A DNA stretch of 51,509 bases from Verrucomicrobiota bacterium (GTDB taxonomy: Bacteria > Verrucomicrobiota > Verrucomicrobiia > Chthoniobacterales > UBA10450), in contig JBKPLD010000089.1 of NCBI GenBank assembly GCA_046731415.1, positions 1-51,509 of the forward strand. The letters are read 5' to 3'. Positions 16,832 through 26,167 of the stretch are shown in pieces (within the stretch, counting starts at the first letter, position 1; the number at the start of each line of letters is the position of its first letter). The notes beneath the pieces are model-generated. The model was not told the origin of the DNA and searched no databases. It worked only from the letters and a program-made list of their open reading frames with translations. The position numbers and the translations under genes were made by a program.

Positions 16832-18427
16832 TGCGCGGTTTATTTTTCGTCGAAAGATATCCACGATGTCCTGCACTTCGTTCACCCGAAGTAGATAAGC
16901 GCAACTAAAGAATGCCGCAGCGGCACATGCAATCGCAATGAGCAGCTCGCATAACTTTGGGAGAAACCGCAGCTGAGCCCAGCCACCAAGCCACCAGTAA
17001 TTTGCCGCCCAGCAGACCAACGCCAGCACCGCGCCGGCAAGACACATTTTTCCCAGGCCAATTAGCAGCTGCCGCGTTTCCAGTCTGCGCACGTGGCGTC
17101 GCATCAACGCGTAAAGCAATAGAAAATTCATCGTCGCAACGAGACTCGTCGAAAAGGCAAGGCCGCGATGTCCCCATCCAAGTCGAAATGTGAAAAGCCA
17201 ATTCAATAAAAGGTTCGCGCCGATCGCAATGAAACTGACAATCATTGGCGTGTTGCGTTTGCCGATTGCATAAAATGCGGGCGTTAGCACCCTCAAACCT
17301 GCATAGCAAACGAGGCCGATTGCGTAAAATTCCAGCGCACCGGCGGTCTCGCGCGTCATTTCCGCATTAAACCGCCCATGCTGATAGATCACGCTAATGA
17401 TTGGTGATGCAAACATCGCCAGTCCAATCGCGGATGGAATGGTGAGCAAAAATGCGAGCCGTATCCCGCGAGCCAGAATCGCGCGGAACTCGTTCATGTT
17501 TCCGACCGCTGCGCTTTTTGATACCAGTGGAAGCGTAACCGTCCCGATCGCCACGCCAAAGAGTCCCAAAGGCAACTGCATCAGACGAAACGCAATGTTT
17601 AACCAACTGACCGGGCCGTTGCCAAGACTCGCCGCAAATCCGCTGTTGATGAGCACGTTGACTTGAACGGCGCTGGCGGCGATCACAGCAGGCCCCATGA
17701 GTGTGAGCACAGTACGCACCCCTTCGTCGCGCCATCGAAAATCGGCGTGGTATTTGTAACCGACGCGCCAGAGCGAAGGGAATTGTCCGATCAATTGCCA
17801 GGCTCCACCCACCAATGTCCCGCTTGCCAGTCCCACGAGCGACCGAGCGCCGAACTGCGGATCCAACCACCAGCCAATTGCAACACCGGCGATGATTGAA
17901 CCGAGATTAAAATAACTCGACGCCATGGCCGGTGGACCGAAAACGTGCTTGGCATTGAGCATGCCCATCACCAGCGCAGCAAGTGACACGAGCAACATGA
18001 AAGGCCACATGATGCGCGTCAGCAAAACCGTGAGAGCGGTCTTATCCGGAGACCAGCTTCCCCATGTTAGAAGATCCACAAGTTGCGGCGCGAAAATGAT
18101 ACCGAGCAGCGTGACGACGCTCATGAAAACGGCTGTGAGTGTCGCAACCTTGTTGGCCAGTCGCCACGCTGATTGATCGCCTTCGACCGCGATTTTTTTT
18201 GAAAACGTCGTGATGAATGCCGTCGATAACGCGCCTTCAGCGAATAAATCACGCAGCAGATTCGGCAACCGAAACGCCATCAGAAACGCGTCGAGATTTC
18301 TTCCCGCGCCGAAAAGGCCGGCAAACACCATCTCGCGAATCAAGCCAAGAAGCCGACTCGACAGAATCGCCATGCCTACAATTCCTGCCGCTCGCGTGCT
18401 TCCTCGCCGATCTTCGGCCGCAGTCAT
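16826..18427 (-). CDS. murJ: lipid II flippase MurJ
   Basis: 533-aa polytopic ORF with 'LSRLLGLIREMVFAGLFGAG...DAF..AFRLPNLLRDLFAEGALS', the MurJ/MviN N-terminal signature. Confidence 0.93.
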   Translation of the reverse strand: MTAAEDRRGSTRAAGIVGMAILSSRLLGLIREMVFAGLFGAGRNLDAFLMAFRLPNLLRDLFAEGALSTAFITTFSKKIAVEGDQSAWRLANKVATLTAVFMSVVTLLGIIFAPQLVDLLTWGSWSPDKTALTVLLTRIMWPFMLLVSLAALVMGMLNAKHVFGPPAMASSYFNLGSIIAGVAIGWWLDPQFGARSLVGLASGTLVGGAWQLIGQFPSLWRVGYKYHADFRWRDEGVRTVLTLMGPAVIAASAVQVNVLINSGFAASLGNGPVSWLNIAFRLMQLPLGLFGVAIGTVTLPLVSKSAAVGNMNEFRAILARGIRLAFLLTIPSAIGLAMFASPIISVIYQHGRFNAEMTRETAGALEFYAIGLVCYAGLRVLTPAFYAIGKRNTPMIVSFIAIGANLLLNWLFTFRLGWGHRGLAFSTSLVATMNFLLLYALMRRHVRRLETRQLLIGLGKMCLAGAVLALVCWAANYWWLGGWAQLRFLPKLCELLIAIACAAAAFFSCAYLLRVNEVQDIVDIFRRKINRAL

Positions 18428-18514
18428 CGGCGAACAAAGAACAGCGTCCGACGATTTACGAAAGCAAAAAATTTGTTCAGAAAAGGACGCAGCAGTGTGT
18501 GAGTCCTACCTTGG

Positions 18515-19468
18515 CTATTTTAAAAACAGATTCATGCCATCGAGATCGATGATGGCATGGCAGTTGTATAGCGTATCCATTCCCAGAATCCCAAACATTT
18601 TGCTGTTCCGCTGCCACGGGGCGAAATTGGGCAGTGCAGCCACGCCGAATTTTCCTGGTGGCACTTTGAAGTCGCCAACTCTGAGATCATTGATCTGCGC
18701 GGCATTAACTCTTCTCTTAGTTCCGGTAGGGAAACGCGCAGACACATTTGTCGGTTGGAAGCCGATTCCGAGCGTGTGGAAGGCAGATTCGGTAAAAGTT
18801 GTAACGAATGCGCCTGTATCAACGAGCAAACGAGCGGGTTGTCCGTGAATCGAACACGGAGCGGTCAAGGCCCCGTTTGCCTCCTCTCGCAAAGGCACTC
18901 TTGTGAATTTTTCTGACGCCGCAACGCTGCTGAGGTGGGTCTGCCGCGTCCAAGCCAATTTAAAGAAAATGAGTTTAGTGCGGCAATTAATCACCGCCTT
19001 ATATCGTGTGAGGACGTCAAGACCAAGAACCCCATCGACGTGAGCGTTGCCACTATCCGAGCGGCTTGAATTACGCAGTGTCACTAGAACGCTGCCAAAA
19101 TTCATGTTGCCGGCAGTGAATGTTTGCGCGAAAGCCACGGGCAAATCCTGATCATTGATTTTCGCTGATCGGATGTACCCCATGCCACCTTGCGATGGCC
19201 TTATACCGAATGTCGAGGCGACGCTGGCGTCCACGATTACCTGGCTCGCGCCGGTATCGACTAACAAATTTGCGCGCTGTCCGTTGATGCGGACGGATAT
19301 TATCATTTTGTTTAAAGGACCGTAATGCACTCGAACAGCCTTGTATCCGCTTAACCGCGTTGGTTTGTCTTTAACGGAAGCCAAAGTCCAAGACGGAACG
19401 ATCAATAGAGCAGCGAAGACGAAACGAATACATCTAACGCGGGTCGACAGTGCTTCGTGAGCGATCAT
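18515..19468 (-). CDS. secreted aspartic protease with two retropepsin-like domains in one chain
   Basis: 317-aa ORF with a signal-peptide-like N-terminus. It carries two copies of the catalytic motif ('LLVDTGASQVIV' and 'LLVDTGAFVTTF'), each followed by a 'G(V/I)LG(L/M)D(V/T)L' motif. Confidence 0.7.
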   Translation of the reverse strand: MIAHEALSTRVRCIRFVFAALLIVPSWTLASVKDKPTRLSGYKAVRVHYGPLNKMIISVRINGQRANLLVDTGASQVIVDASVASTFGIRPSQGGMGYIRSAKINDQDLPVAFAQTFTAGNMNFGSVLVTLRNSSRSDSGNAHVDGVLGLDVLTRYKAVINCRTKLIFFKLAWTRQTHLSSVAASEKFTRVPLREEANGALTAPCSIHGQPARLLVDTGAFVTTFTESAFHTLGIGFQPTNVSARFPTGTKRRVNAAQINDLRVGDFKVPPGKFGVAALPNFAPWQRNSKMFGILGMDTLYNCHAIIDLDGMNLFLK

Positions 19469-19479
19469 TCAGATCACTG

Positions 19480-20235
19480 CTACATTCCCGTCGGGCAATC
19501 GATGAAGGCCCATGGAATGTTGAACAGCCCGGATAAATGAGCGGCCAGGCCTTTTACGCCAAAAACCTCGGTGGCGTAATGTCCGCCAAGCAGCAGATTC
19601 ATCCGAAGTTCATCAGCTGCCACTGCCGCCCAATGCGGCGCTTCCCCCGTGATAAATGTGTCGATCCCCTCTTGCGCAACCTTGAAAATCTCCGAGCCGG
19701 CGCCGCCCGTGATGATCCCGATCGTTCCAGTTTTCTTTGGGCCGAACATAAAAGCTTTTACTGGACCACTCAGCGCTTTTTCTAGTTTGCGATTGACTTC
19801 ATCGCGCGACAAGGCGGTGCGCGTTTTCAACCCAATCAGTTGGCCCTTTTCTTCGAAGAACGGTTGATTCGATTTAAGTCCGAGCGCTGCAGCGAGCTGC
19901 GCGTTATTTCCGACTTGTGAATGGAGATCGAGCGGCAGATGTGCGCTGTAAAGCGCGATGTTGTTTTCAAAGGCCAGTTCCAGTTGCCGCCGCAACACGC
20001 CAGTTACCGGTTGCAAGCCTGGCCAAAACAAACCGTGATGCACAATCACGAGATCGATACTTTGCTTTGCAGCGGCTTCCAGGACCCGGGTCGAGGCGTC
20101 AACGCTCGCCCCGATTTTAGTAACGCCTCCGGAGTTTTCGATCTGCAGGCCGTTGAGTGCATTGTCCCAATCGCCTATTTCACGAATACGCAGAAGATCA
20201 TTTGTATAGCTAACAATTTCAGAGAGCGACGTCAT
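19480..20235 (-). CDS. Nif3-like dinuclear metal centre protein (GTP cyclohydrolase 1 type 2 homologue / YbgI family)
   Basis: The ORF runs 19480-20313. The likely start is ATG 20235 (MTSLSEIVSYTNDLL). It has 'DLVIVHHGLFW', 'ALYSAHLPLD' and 'GGHYATE' motifs, and it overlaps the cyclase 3' end by 17 nt. Confidence 0.85.
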   Translation of the reverse strand: MTSLSEIVSYTNDLLRIREIGDWDNALNGLQIENSGGVTKIGASVDASTRVLEAAAKQSIDLVIVHHGLFWPGLQPVTGVLRRQLELAFENNIALYSAHLPLDLHSQVGNNAQLAAALGLKSNQPFFEEKGQLIGLKTRTALSRDEVNRKLEKALSGPVKAFMFGPKKTGTIGIITGGAGSEIFKVAQEGIDTFITGEAPHWAAVAADELRMNLLLGGHYATEVFGVKGLAAHLSGLFNIPWAFIDCPTGM

Positions 20236-21778
20236 GGTTAGGTTCGTATTGTACGGCAAAGATCGACAACCGTCCCTCGATCCCGCGCACTTCCTGTGGC
20301 GGCAGCTCCTCAAAACTGAAGGAATTACCGGAACGATCTCGCACCGCCGCGGTCACCAGGAGCGGTTGTCCTGTCGTTTTTGTCAGCCCCTGCATGCGCG
20401 AAGCGATATTCACGGTGTTCCCAATGGCGGTGAACTCGAGTCTTTGGGGCGAACCGATGCTCCCCACAATCGCGGGTCCCGAATGAATTCCAATTCCAAT
20501 TTGGATCGGTGCGCGACCTTTTACTGCAAGATCATCATTCAGCTTTTTAACAGCGGCGAGAATTTCCCGGCCGGCGGCAACCGCGTCGCCGGCGTGATTG
20601 GAGCGCGATTCGCCCACGCCGAAGATCGCCATGAATCCGTCCCCCAAATATTTATTCACCATTCCACGATGTTTTTCCTCTACTACGCGAACGGTTACCC
20701 GGAAAAACTCGTTCATTACTTCGACCACGTCGCTCGGTGCGGATACGCTGGTTCGTGCAGTCCACGAACGCATGTCCACAAACATGACCGTGATCTCTTC
20801 CTCAACGCCGCTCAATCCTGGGTCGTGCGCCAGAATTTGTTCGGCTGCGCGTCTGCCGACGTGCAAACCGAATGTCTGGCGTAACCTTTCCTTGTCTCTG
20901 AGCTCGCGGACCATGTTATCGAATTCTCCCAGTAAGCGCCCGAATTCATCCGCACGCGCCACTCCGAGATCGACATCGAATCTGCCATGCGAGACTGCGT
21001 CCGCTGCGGCACGCAGTTGATCAATCGGTTTCGCGACCAGCCAGCTCATCATTAATGCAGTGAAAATCCCGAACGCGATACCGACGATACCTACAAATAC
21101 CGCAAACCATTCTGCATTAACTGTCGGGGACCGCGGCGCAAACATAAGCAATAAAAGTGAAGCGATCGGGCAGATCGATGCGGATACCGCCCACACGATT
21201 CCGCGGCCGCGCAACGAGAGTGTGAAAACGTCCGGGATCAGATCGGCGCGCTCGCCTCGAAAAAAAACGGGAAACAATCCCCAGTAACTGGCCAGTTCCA
21301 CCAAAAAGAATGAATGGGTGACTGCAATGAAACCGGAAACGCAAAATGAAATCGGCAAATGCCAGAGCAACCGCGGATCAAGTGGATTTTGAACCAGCAG
21401 AAGCGCTCCGACAAAAACCGGAATGCACAAAAACCAGGCAACACCACAAATCGCAGCGGCAAACCACGGGAGATGAATCAATCGGCGGCGCGCTCGGGTA
21501 AGCGACGCAGAATCGATAGCCGATCCCGCGCGAAGGCGATGAAATAGTGCACGAAATGAAAAGATTCGCCTAAGCCACACGAAAACGCCGATTGGATAGA
21601 CTGCGATATTGTAAATCACGACCGTGTCGAAGAAACGCTGCTTCAACGCTGGCGAGACCAGCAACGGTTCGATGACCGTTGCATTGTACCAGATGTTGAA
21701 CGCGCTTCCGAGAATTTGCGGAATTACGGGCGCCAATGCTGTGAGCAAGAGGCCGTAGCGTTCGCGCGCCGTGCTCAT
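20219..21778 (-). CDS. membrane-bound class III adenylate/guanylate cyclase with HAMP domain
   Basis: The ORF runs 20219-21847. It has N-terminal TM helices, then a HAMP-like 'VAKPIDQLRAAADAVSHGRFD', then the cyclase homology domain 'ITVMFVDMRSWT...KYLGDGFMAIFG...IGIHSGPAIVGSIG...EFTAIGNTVNIASR'. ATG 21778 overlaps the stop of the upstream MBL gene (ATGA). Confidence 0.85.
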   Translation of the reverse strand: MSTARERYGLLLTALAPVIPQILGSAFNIWYNATVIEPLLVSPALKQRFFDTVVIYNIAVYPIGVFVWLRRIFSFRALFHRLRAGSAIDSASLTRARRRLIHLPWFAAAICGVAWFLCIPVFVGALLLVQNPLDPRLLWHLPISFCVSGFIAVTHSFFLVELASYWGLFPVFFRGERADLIPDVFTLSLRGRGIVWAVSASICPIASLLLLMFAPRSPTVNAEWFAVFVGIVGIAFGIFTALMMSWLVAKPIDQLRAAADAVSHGRFDVDLGVARADEFGRLLGEFDNMVRELRDKERLRQTFGLHVGRRAAEQILAHDPGLSGVEEEITVMFVDMRSWTARTSVSAPSDVVEVMNEFFRVTVRVVEEKHRGMVNKYLGDGFMAIFGVGESRSNHAGDAVAAGREILAAVKKLNDDLAVKGRAPIQIGIGIHSGPAIVGSIGSPQRLEFTAIGNTVNIASRMQGLTKTTGQPLLVTAAVRDRSGNSFSFEELPPQEVRGIEGRLSIFAVQYEPNHDVAL

Positions 21779-22689
21779 TTTTTCGGGAGGGTCCATGGCT
21801 GGAAATAATCGAGCAGAATTAGGCGGCCGCGATTTGCTTGTTCGCAATCGCGCCGCACCCGCGAGAAATCCGTAAGCGGTCCGAATTGAAATCCGTCATG
21901 CAATGGTCGAAAAAAATTGTCCTGGTGACTTGGCAAAAAATAGCGCGGCCGCAAACGTTCGAGCGCGCTGGGCAATCGCGTACGTGAATCTGGCAAGGCC
22001 GTCCCCAAGATCGCAAGGTCGACCTGCTCATGCGGTGGCAATTGTGCAGGTGTTCCACCAGAATCGACATAAATGCGCTCGCCAGCAATTTCGATGAGAA
22101 ATGCCAGTGGTTCTCCACAAACCCAGTCAGCCGGACGTTGCGGGGGGCCAGAACCCCGCGTTTCGCGTTGATCGAAGGGTACCTTTCCAAAAAGGCGGTC
22201 ATGCTTGGCAGGTAACACGCGAATTTTCCATGGCCCAATCCGCCGCACGTCTCCGGCGGTTACCGCATCACCCGAAGGGGCGCCGGCTCGTTTCGCAAGA
22301 TCGACAGCCGAGGATGAAGCAATGAGACGACCCTGCGTTTTCGACATGACAATCGGAACATCGAGCAAGTGATCGAAATGCCCGTGGGTGATCAGGATCG
22401 AATCAACCCTGGGTGCGACATGTCGCATTCCGTCTGCAACGAGATGCATATCCGGCTGAAGACGCGAACCAAGTGCGATACTCAAAAGGTCCACACGCGA
22501 AAAATACGGATCGACCAACAGCGCGTGCCCTTCGAATTCGAACTGATATCCATTCGTACCAAGATATGTGACGCGCACTCCGTCGCGCGGGGTTGAGCCA
22601 GAATCCTTGACAACGAGGTCGGTATAAGAATTTAGCCCCGCGCCTAGAGCCGAGGAGAATCCAAGCAAAAGAAGAAGCGCGCCTTTCAA
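21775..22689 (-). CDS. secreted MBL-fold metallo-hydrolase
   Basis: 304-aa ORF with the signal peptide 'MKGALLLLLGFSSALGAG' and the metal motif 'ILITHGHFDHL'. Confidence 0.8.
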   Translation of the reverse strand: MKGALLLLLGFSSALGAGLNSYTDLVVKDSGSTPRDGVRVTYLGTNGYQFEFEGHALLVDPYFSRVDLLSIALGSRLQPDMHLVADGMRHVAPRVDSILITHGHFDHLLDVPIVMSKTQGRLIASSSAVDLAKRAGAPSGDAVTAGDVRRIGPWKIRVLPAKHDRLFGKVPFDQRETRGSGPPQRPADWVCGEPLAFLIEIAGERIYVDSGGTPAQLPPHEQVDLAILGTALPDSRTRLPSALERLRPRYFLPSHQDNFFRPLHDGFQFGPLTDFSRVRRDCEQANRGRLILLDYFQPWTLPKK

Positions 22690-22783
22690 TGTTTGCGATC
22701 GATTCTATCGAGCCGCTGCGCTGCGGCCAACTGCAAGTTTGCTTGACGAATCCGACAGCTCTTGTGAACCTTCAATAATTGAA

Positions 22784-23197
22784 ATGAGCGTGGAGTACAC
22801 GGACGCACCAACCAGTCGCCCTGAGTCGGTTGCGGGAGATACGATGCCCTGTCCATACTGCGGGCATCTCCTGCCGAAAGATGCCGAACACTGCGACAGA
22901 TGTGATTGGAAGCGCAGTGCGACTCAAACAGCGGAAGGTAAAGCGAGCGACGCCATCGCAGTTATCTTTAGTATCATTCCCGGTTTGGGACATATTTACA
23001 AAGGACACAAGCTTGCGGGGTTTCTCTGGATGTTCGGTGCGATCCCAGTCGGAATTTTCGTATTACTGGCGGCATTCGCATCTGCCGGCTGGGGTCTCGG
23101 TCTCTTTTTCTTCTATCTCGCTGCGGTAATGCTTCACGCCTACGCAGTGGACGACCGCGTCGTGCCACCGAAAGAAGACGAGGGCGAAGAATACTGA
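22784..23197 (+). CDS. zinc-ribbon membrane protein (function unknown)
   Basis: The ORF runs 22739 (TTG)-23197, with a plausible ATG at 22784. It has 'CPYCGHLLPKDAEHCDRCDW' (CxxC...CxxC) followed by two hydrophobic helices. Confidence 0.55.
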   Translation: MSVEYTDAPTSRPESVAGDTMPCPYCGHLLPKDAEHCDRCDWKRSATQTAEGKASDAIAVIFSIIPGLGHIYKGHKLAGFLWMFGAIPVGIFVLLAAFASAGWGLGLFFFYLAAVMLHAYAVDDRVVPPKEDEGEEY

Positions 23198-23221
23198 TCT
23201 CGTTTTAATCGCTAAACGCAG

Positions 23222-23329
23222 GTCGTCCTGAGCGGGAGCGAAGGAATCTCACAATCGAAGCTTGGATTGCCTTGCACCGAGGAAAATCAATCCCGCCTAT
23301 GGGAGGTCTCTCACTCCGTTCGGGATGAC
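23222..23329. repeat. MITE-like element, family A (108 bp, ~28-bp imperfect terminal inverted repeats)
   Basis: The sequence is gtcgtcctgagcgggagcgaaggaatctcac...gaggtctctcactccgttcgggatgac. It shares the internal 'tcgaagcttgg' with the copy at 35599 and lies between convergent genes. Confidence 0.75.
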
Positions 23330-23348
23330 TGTTCGCGGCGCAAGCACG

Positions 23349-24047
23349 TTAGTGCCCAATAATCCATGTCACATCTCCCGAGGACGGATTGACTCGCGAA
23401 GCTGGAAATTGCGGATCGCCTTCGAGGACGCGGTCAATCAAATGACCATTTTTCGATGCATCGACCAGGAAACAGACGTGCCGCGCATGATTGATGAGCG
23501 GGAACGTAAATGTCAATCGCCAGGCATCTAACTTTGGGACAAAGTTTGCGATCACTCGCCTTCCCGTTTCATCTAACCCGACAGTTCCAGGAAAAAGCGA
23601 TGCTGTGTGTCCATCATCTCCGAGGCCCAGAAGGATCAGGTCGTGCCGATAAATCGGTTCCCCCCGCTGCGTCGCCATCAGGTCGAGTTGATCCTGGTAT
23701 TCCTGCGCCGCGATTTGTGGGTCGATTTCACCGCGCATACGCAGGATTGATTTCTCCGGCACCGCGGCGGGCACGAGAAGGGTTTCTCGTGCCATTCTGA
23801 AGTTGCTCTCTCGATTATCTGGAGGGACGCACCGCTCGTCTCCGAATGTAATTTGGGTCAATTCCCATGGCAGATCGTGCCCGATTGCGGCAAGCCGGGC
23901 ATAAACTGGAATGGGAGTGTGCCCGCCAGAAAGCGCGATCCGGAATTCGTTGCGTTCACCCAGGGCGTTGTGCGCCTGATCGAGGATAAAATCCACGGCG
24001 TCGGTTGTGAAGTTGCTTGTGCGAATAATCTGCGCCGCGGATTTCAT
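23349..24047 (-). CDS. pgl: 6-phosphogluconolactonase
   Basis: 232-aa ORF with 'RIALSGGHTP' and 'DLILLGLGDDGHTASLFPG'. Confidence 0.9.
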   Translation of the reverse strand: MKSAAQIIRTSNFTTDAVDFILDQAHNALGERNEFRIALSGGHTPIPVYARLAAIGHDLPWELTQITFGDERCVPPDNRESNFRMARETLLVPAAVPEKSILRMRGEIDPQIAAQEYQDQLDLMATQRGEPIYRHDLILLGLGDDGHTASLFPGTVGLDETGRRVIANFVPKLDAWRLTFTFPLINHARHVCFLVDASKNGHLIDRVLEGDPQFPASRVNPSSGDVTWIIGH

Positions 24048-24145
24048 AGCGATACTGGATTCTAGATGCTAGATGCTGATTTTCACGTGGACTTCAGCTT
24101 GCATCCAGCATCAAGGATCAAACATCCAGCGTGACCTGCGTCCGT

Positions 24146-24661
24146 TCAGATCGCGCAATGTGATTTCCCGCGCTTTTGCAGATAACGCTGATGATATTCT
24201 TCCGCGCGCCAGAAAGGCGGCGCACGTTCAATTTGCGTTACCACTGGCCGGTCAAAACGCCCACTGGTATCGATCTTTTTCCTGGATGCTTCCGCCGCCG
24301 ACCTTTGTTCCGGTGAATGATAAAAAATTACTGAGCGATACTGTGTCCCAACGTCGGGACCCTGCCTGTTCAAGGTTGTGGGGTTATGGTTCGACCAGAA
24401 TACGTCCAGGAGTTGATCGTAGGTGATTCCTGACGGATCAAATTCGACTTCGACGACTTCGGCGTGGCCGGTCTTGTCAGTGCAGACATCTTCGTAGGTC
24501 GGGTTCTCTTTCGTTCCGCCAGCATAACCGACTGCTGTGGACAAGACGCCCCTCAAATTGCGGAAAGTTTCTTCAACTCCCCAAAAACAGCCTGCACCAA
24601 ACATTGCCTTTTCCGTTCTCATCAGAAGCAAAATGGAACGATTCTGGGAACCGTGCAACAT
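24146..24661 (-). CDS. msrA: peptide-methionine (S)-S-oxide reductase
   Basis: It has '[11 protein letters not shown]' (catalytic Cys) and '[12 protein letters not shown]'. The true start may be an internal Met (24622 or 24604). Confidence 0.92.
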   Translation of the reverse strand: MLHGSQNRSILLLMRTEKAMFGAGCFWGVEETFRNLRGVLSTAVGYAGGTKENPTYEDVCTDKTGHAEVVEVEFDPSGITYDQLLDVFWSNHNPTTLNRQGPDVGTQYRSVIFYHSPEQRSAAEASRKKIDTSGRFDRPVVTQIERAPPFWRAEEYHQRYLQKRGKSHCAI

Positions 24662-24778
24662 CAGCGGTGCATCCGCCGAGATGCTTACTCCTTTTCTTTT
24701 TTGCGTTGATATTGCCCTAAAGTCTTAGTAGCCAACGTTTGCCAAATCTGGCAGAACAACGGCCAATCTTTTCATCGA

Positions 24779-26065
24779 ATGAATTTCTCCATCATGACTC
24801 TTGATCAAACTCGCCCGATCCTGCCTGTTCGGCTTCTCAACGGCTGTGGCACCTTGCTGGACAAAAGCCGGATTCCGCGCACGCCCATTCGAGCAGTTGA
24901 TTTAATTGAAACGGCGAAGCGCCGTTGCGGCCTTGATGATTTTGGCGGAGGCGACTTTTTCGAAGGTCTCTCACAATTGCTGGCTTCCTGTCAGCGCGAA
25001 TCCCGACTCAACCTCGTCGGAAGAATTGTCCTGCGGGCCGATCTCATACGCACATTGTGTTCACGTTTGTTCATGCAACGGGATCGGCAGATGTATCCGA
25101 GCATCAGTCGGCAAGAAATTCGCGAACCGCTTTTCATCGTTGGTTTGCCACGCAGCGGCACGACTCTGTTGCATACCTTGCTCGCCTTGGACCCCGAACA
25201 CCGAGTCCCCCTTACCTGGGAAGTTATGACCCCATCCCCACCTACTCGCGATAATGAAAAGCGGCGAATTCAACGGGCAATCAGCAGTTGTAATTGCTTC
25301 AACTGGCTGGCACCCACGTTTCACCACGCCCACCCAGTTGGCGCAGAGCTTCCGCAAGAGTGTGTCAGTCTCATGGCACCGACGTTCATGAGTGATCAGT
25401 TCGATGCGATGTACTATGTCCCTTCGTATCGGAGCTGGTTCTTTCGCCAGGATTTGCGACCGGCTTACGAATATCACCGCCGTTTCCTTCAACATCTGCA
25501 AGTTCGGCAGCGCGCGCCGCGTTGGGTGCTCAAAGCCCCCACGCATATGTTCGCCCTGCCAAGTCTGCTGACTGTCTATCCTGACGCGCTTTTTATCCAG
25601 ACCCACCGAGCACCGCTCGATGCCATGGCTTCGGTATCCAGTTTGATAACGATTCTCCGCCGCGTGTTTAGCGATGCAGTCGATCCATTCACAGTTTGCC
25701 GCGAGGCAATCGATTACTGGTCGAAAACACTGGATAGATTCTTGCAGGATCGAGATGGATTGGGAGAGCAGCGCATTTGCGACGTAAATTATGTTGAGAT
25801 CCGTCGTGATCCTCTCGCGGCGTTACGGCGTATTTACGCGCACTTCGGTTGGTCGTTGTGCCAGAAAGTAGAACAACGGATGCGCCGGGCGCTGGCAAGC
25901 CAGCCCGAGGATCGACATAGGCTTCATCGGTACGATCTCTCACAGTTTGGCGTACACGAGGCAGAAAGCGCTGCTCGATTTGCAGCGTATTGCGATCGGT
26001 TTGGCCTGGCCGCAGGCAGGAAACGTACATCTGACGCGGAAGCGGAAGAGTTACTTAAGATGTAA
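24779..26065 (+). CDS. sulfotransferase-family protein (PAPS-dependent type)
   Basis: 428-aa ORF. 'FIVGLPRSGTTLLHTLL' matches the 5'-phosphosulfate-binding loop of sulfotransferases. Confidence 0.78.
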   Translation: MNFSIMTLDQTRPILPVRLLNGCGTLLDKSRIPRTPIRAVDLIETAKRRCGLDDFGGGDFFEGLSQLLASCQRESRLNLVGRIVLRADLIRTLCSRLFMQRDRQMYPSISRQEIREPLFIVGLPRSGTTLLHTLLALDPEHRVPLTWEVMTPSPPTRDNEKRRIQRAISSCNCFNWLAPTFHHAHPVGAELPQECVSLMAPTFMSDQFDAMYYVPSYRSWFFRQDLRPAYEYHRRFLQHLQVRQRAPRWVLKAPTHMFALPSLLTVYPDALFIQTHRAPLDAMASVSSLITILRRVFSDAVDPFTVCREAIDYWSKTLDRFLQDRDGLGEQRICDVNYVEIRRDPLAALRRIYAHFGWSLCQKVEQRMRRALASQPEDRHRLHRYDLSQFGVHEAESAARFAAYCDRFGLAAGRKRTSDAEAEELLKM

Positions 26066-26167
26066 CCACAGCAACTCGATTTCCGAGTTTCCAGACACAC
26101 TGGAATTACGCCGCAGTCTTATAAGAAGGGTTTGCCGGAGCTACTGGCATGAGGAAACTTCGCTGAC

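Noticed and set aside
18210-18848. 212-aa plus-strand ORF spanning the murJ 5' end and the protease 3' end
   Set aside because: It runs antisense across two well-supported genes and their intergenic gap and has Arg/Ser/Pro-rich junk composition.
20236-20313. 26-codon N-terminal extension of the Nif3-like ORF (MRSCRHRKCAGSRDG...)
   Set aside because: It is not Nif3-like and overlaps the cyclase C-terminus. ATG 20235 gives the family-typical N-terminus.
20234-20884. 216-aa plus-strand ORF inside the adenylate cyclase gene
   Set aside because: It is antisense to the cyclase homology domain, which has clear motifs.
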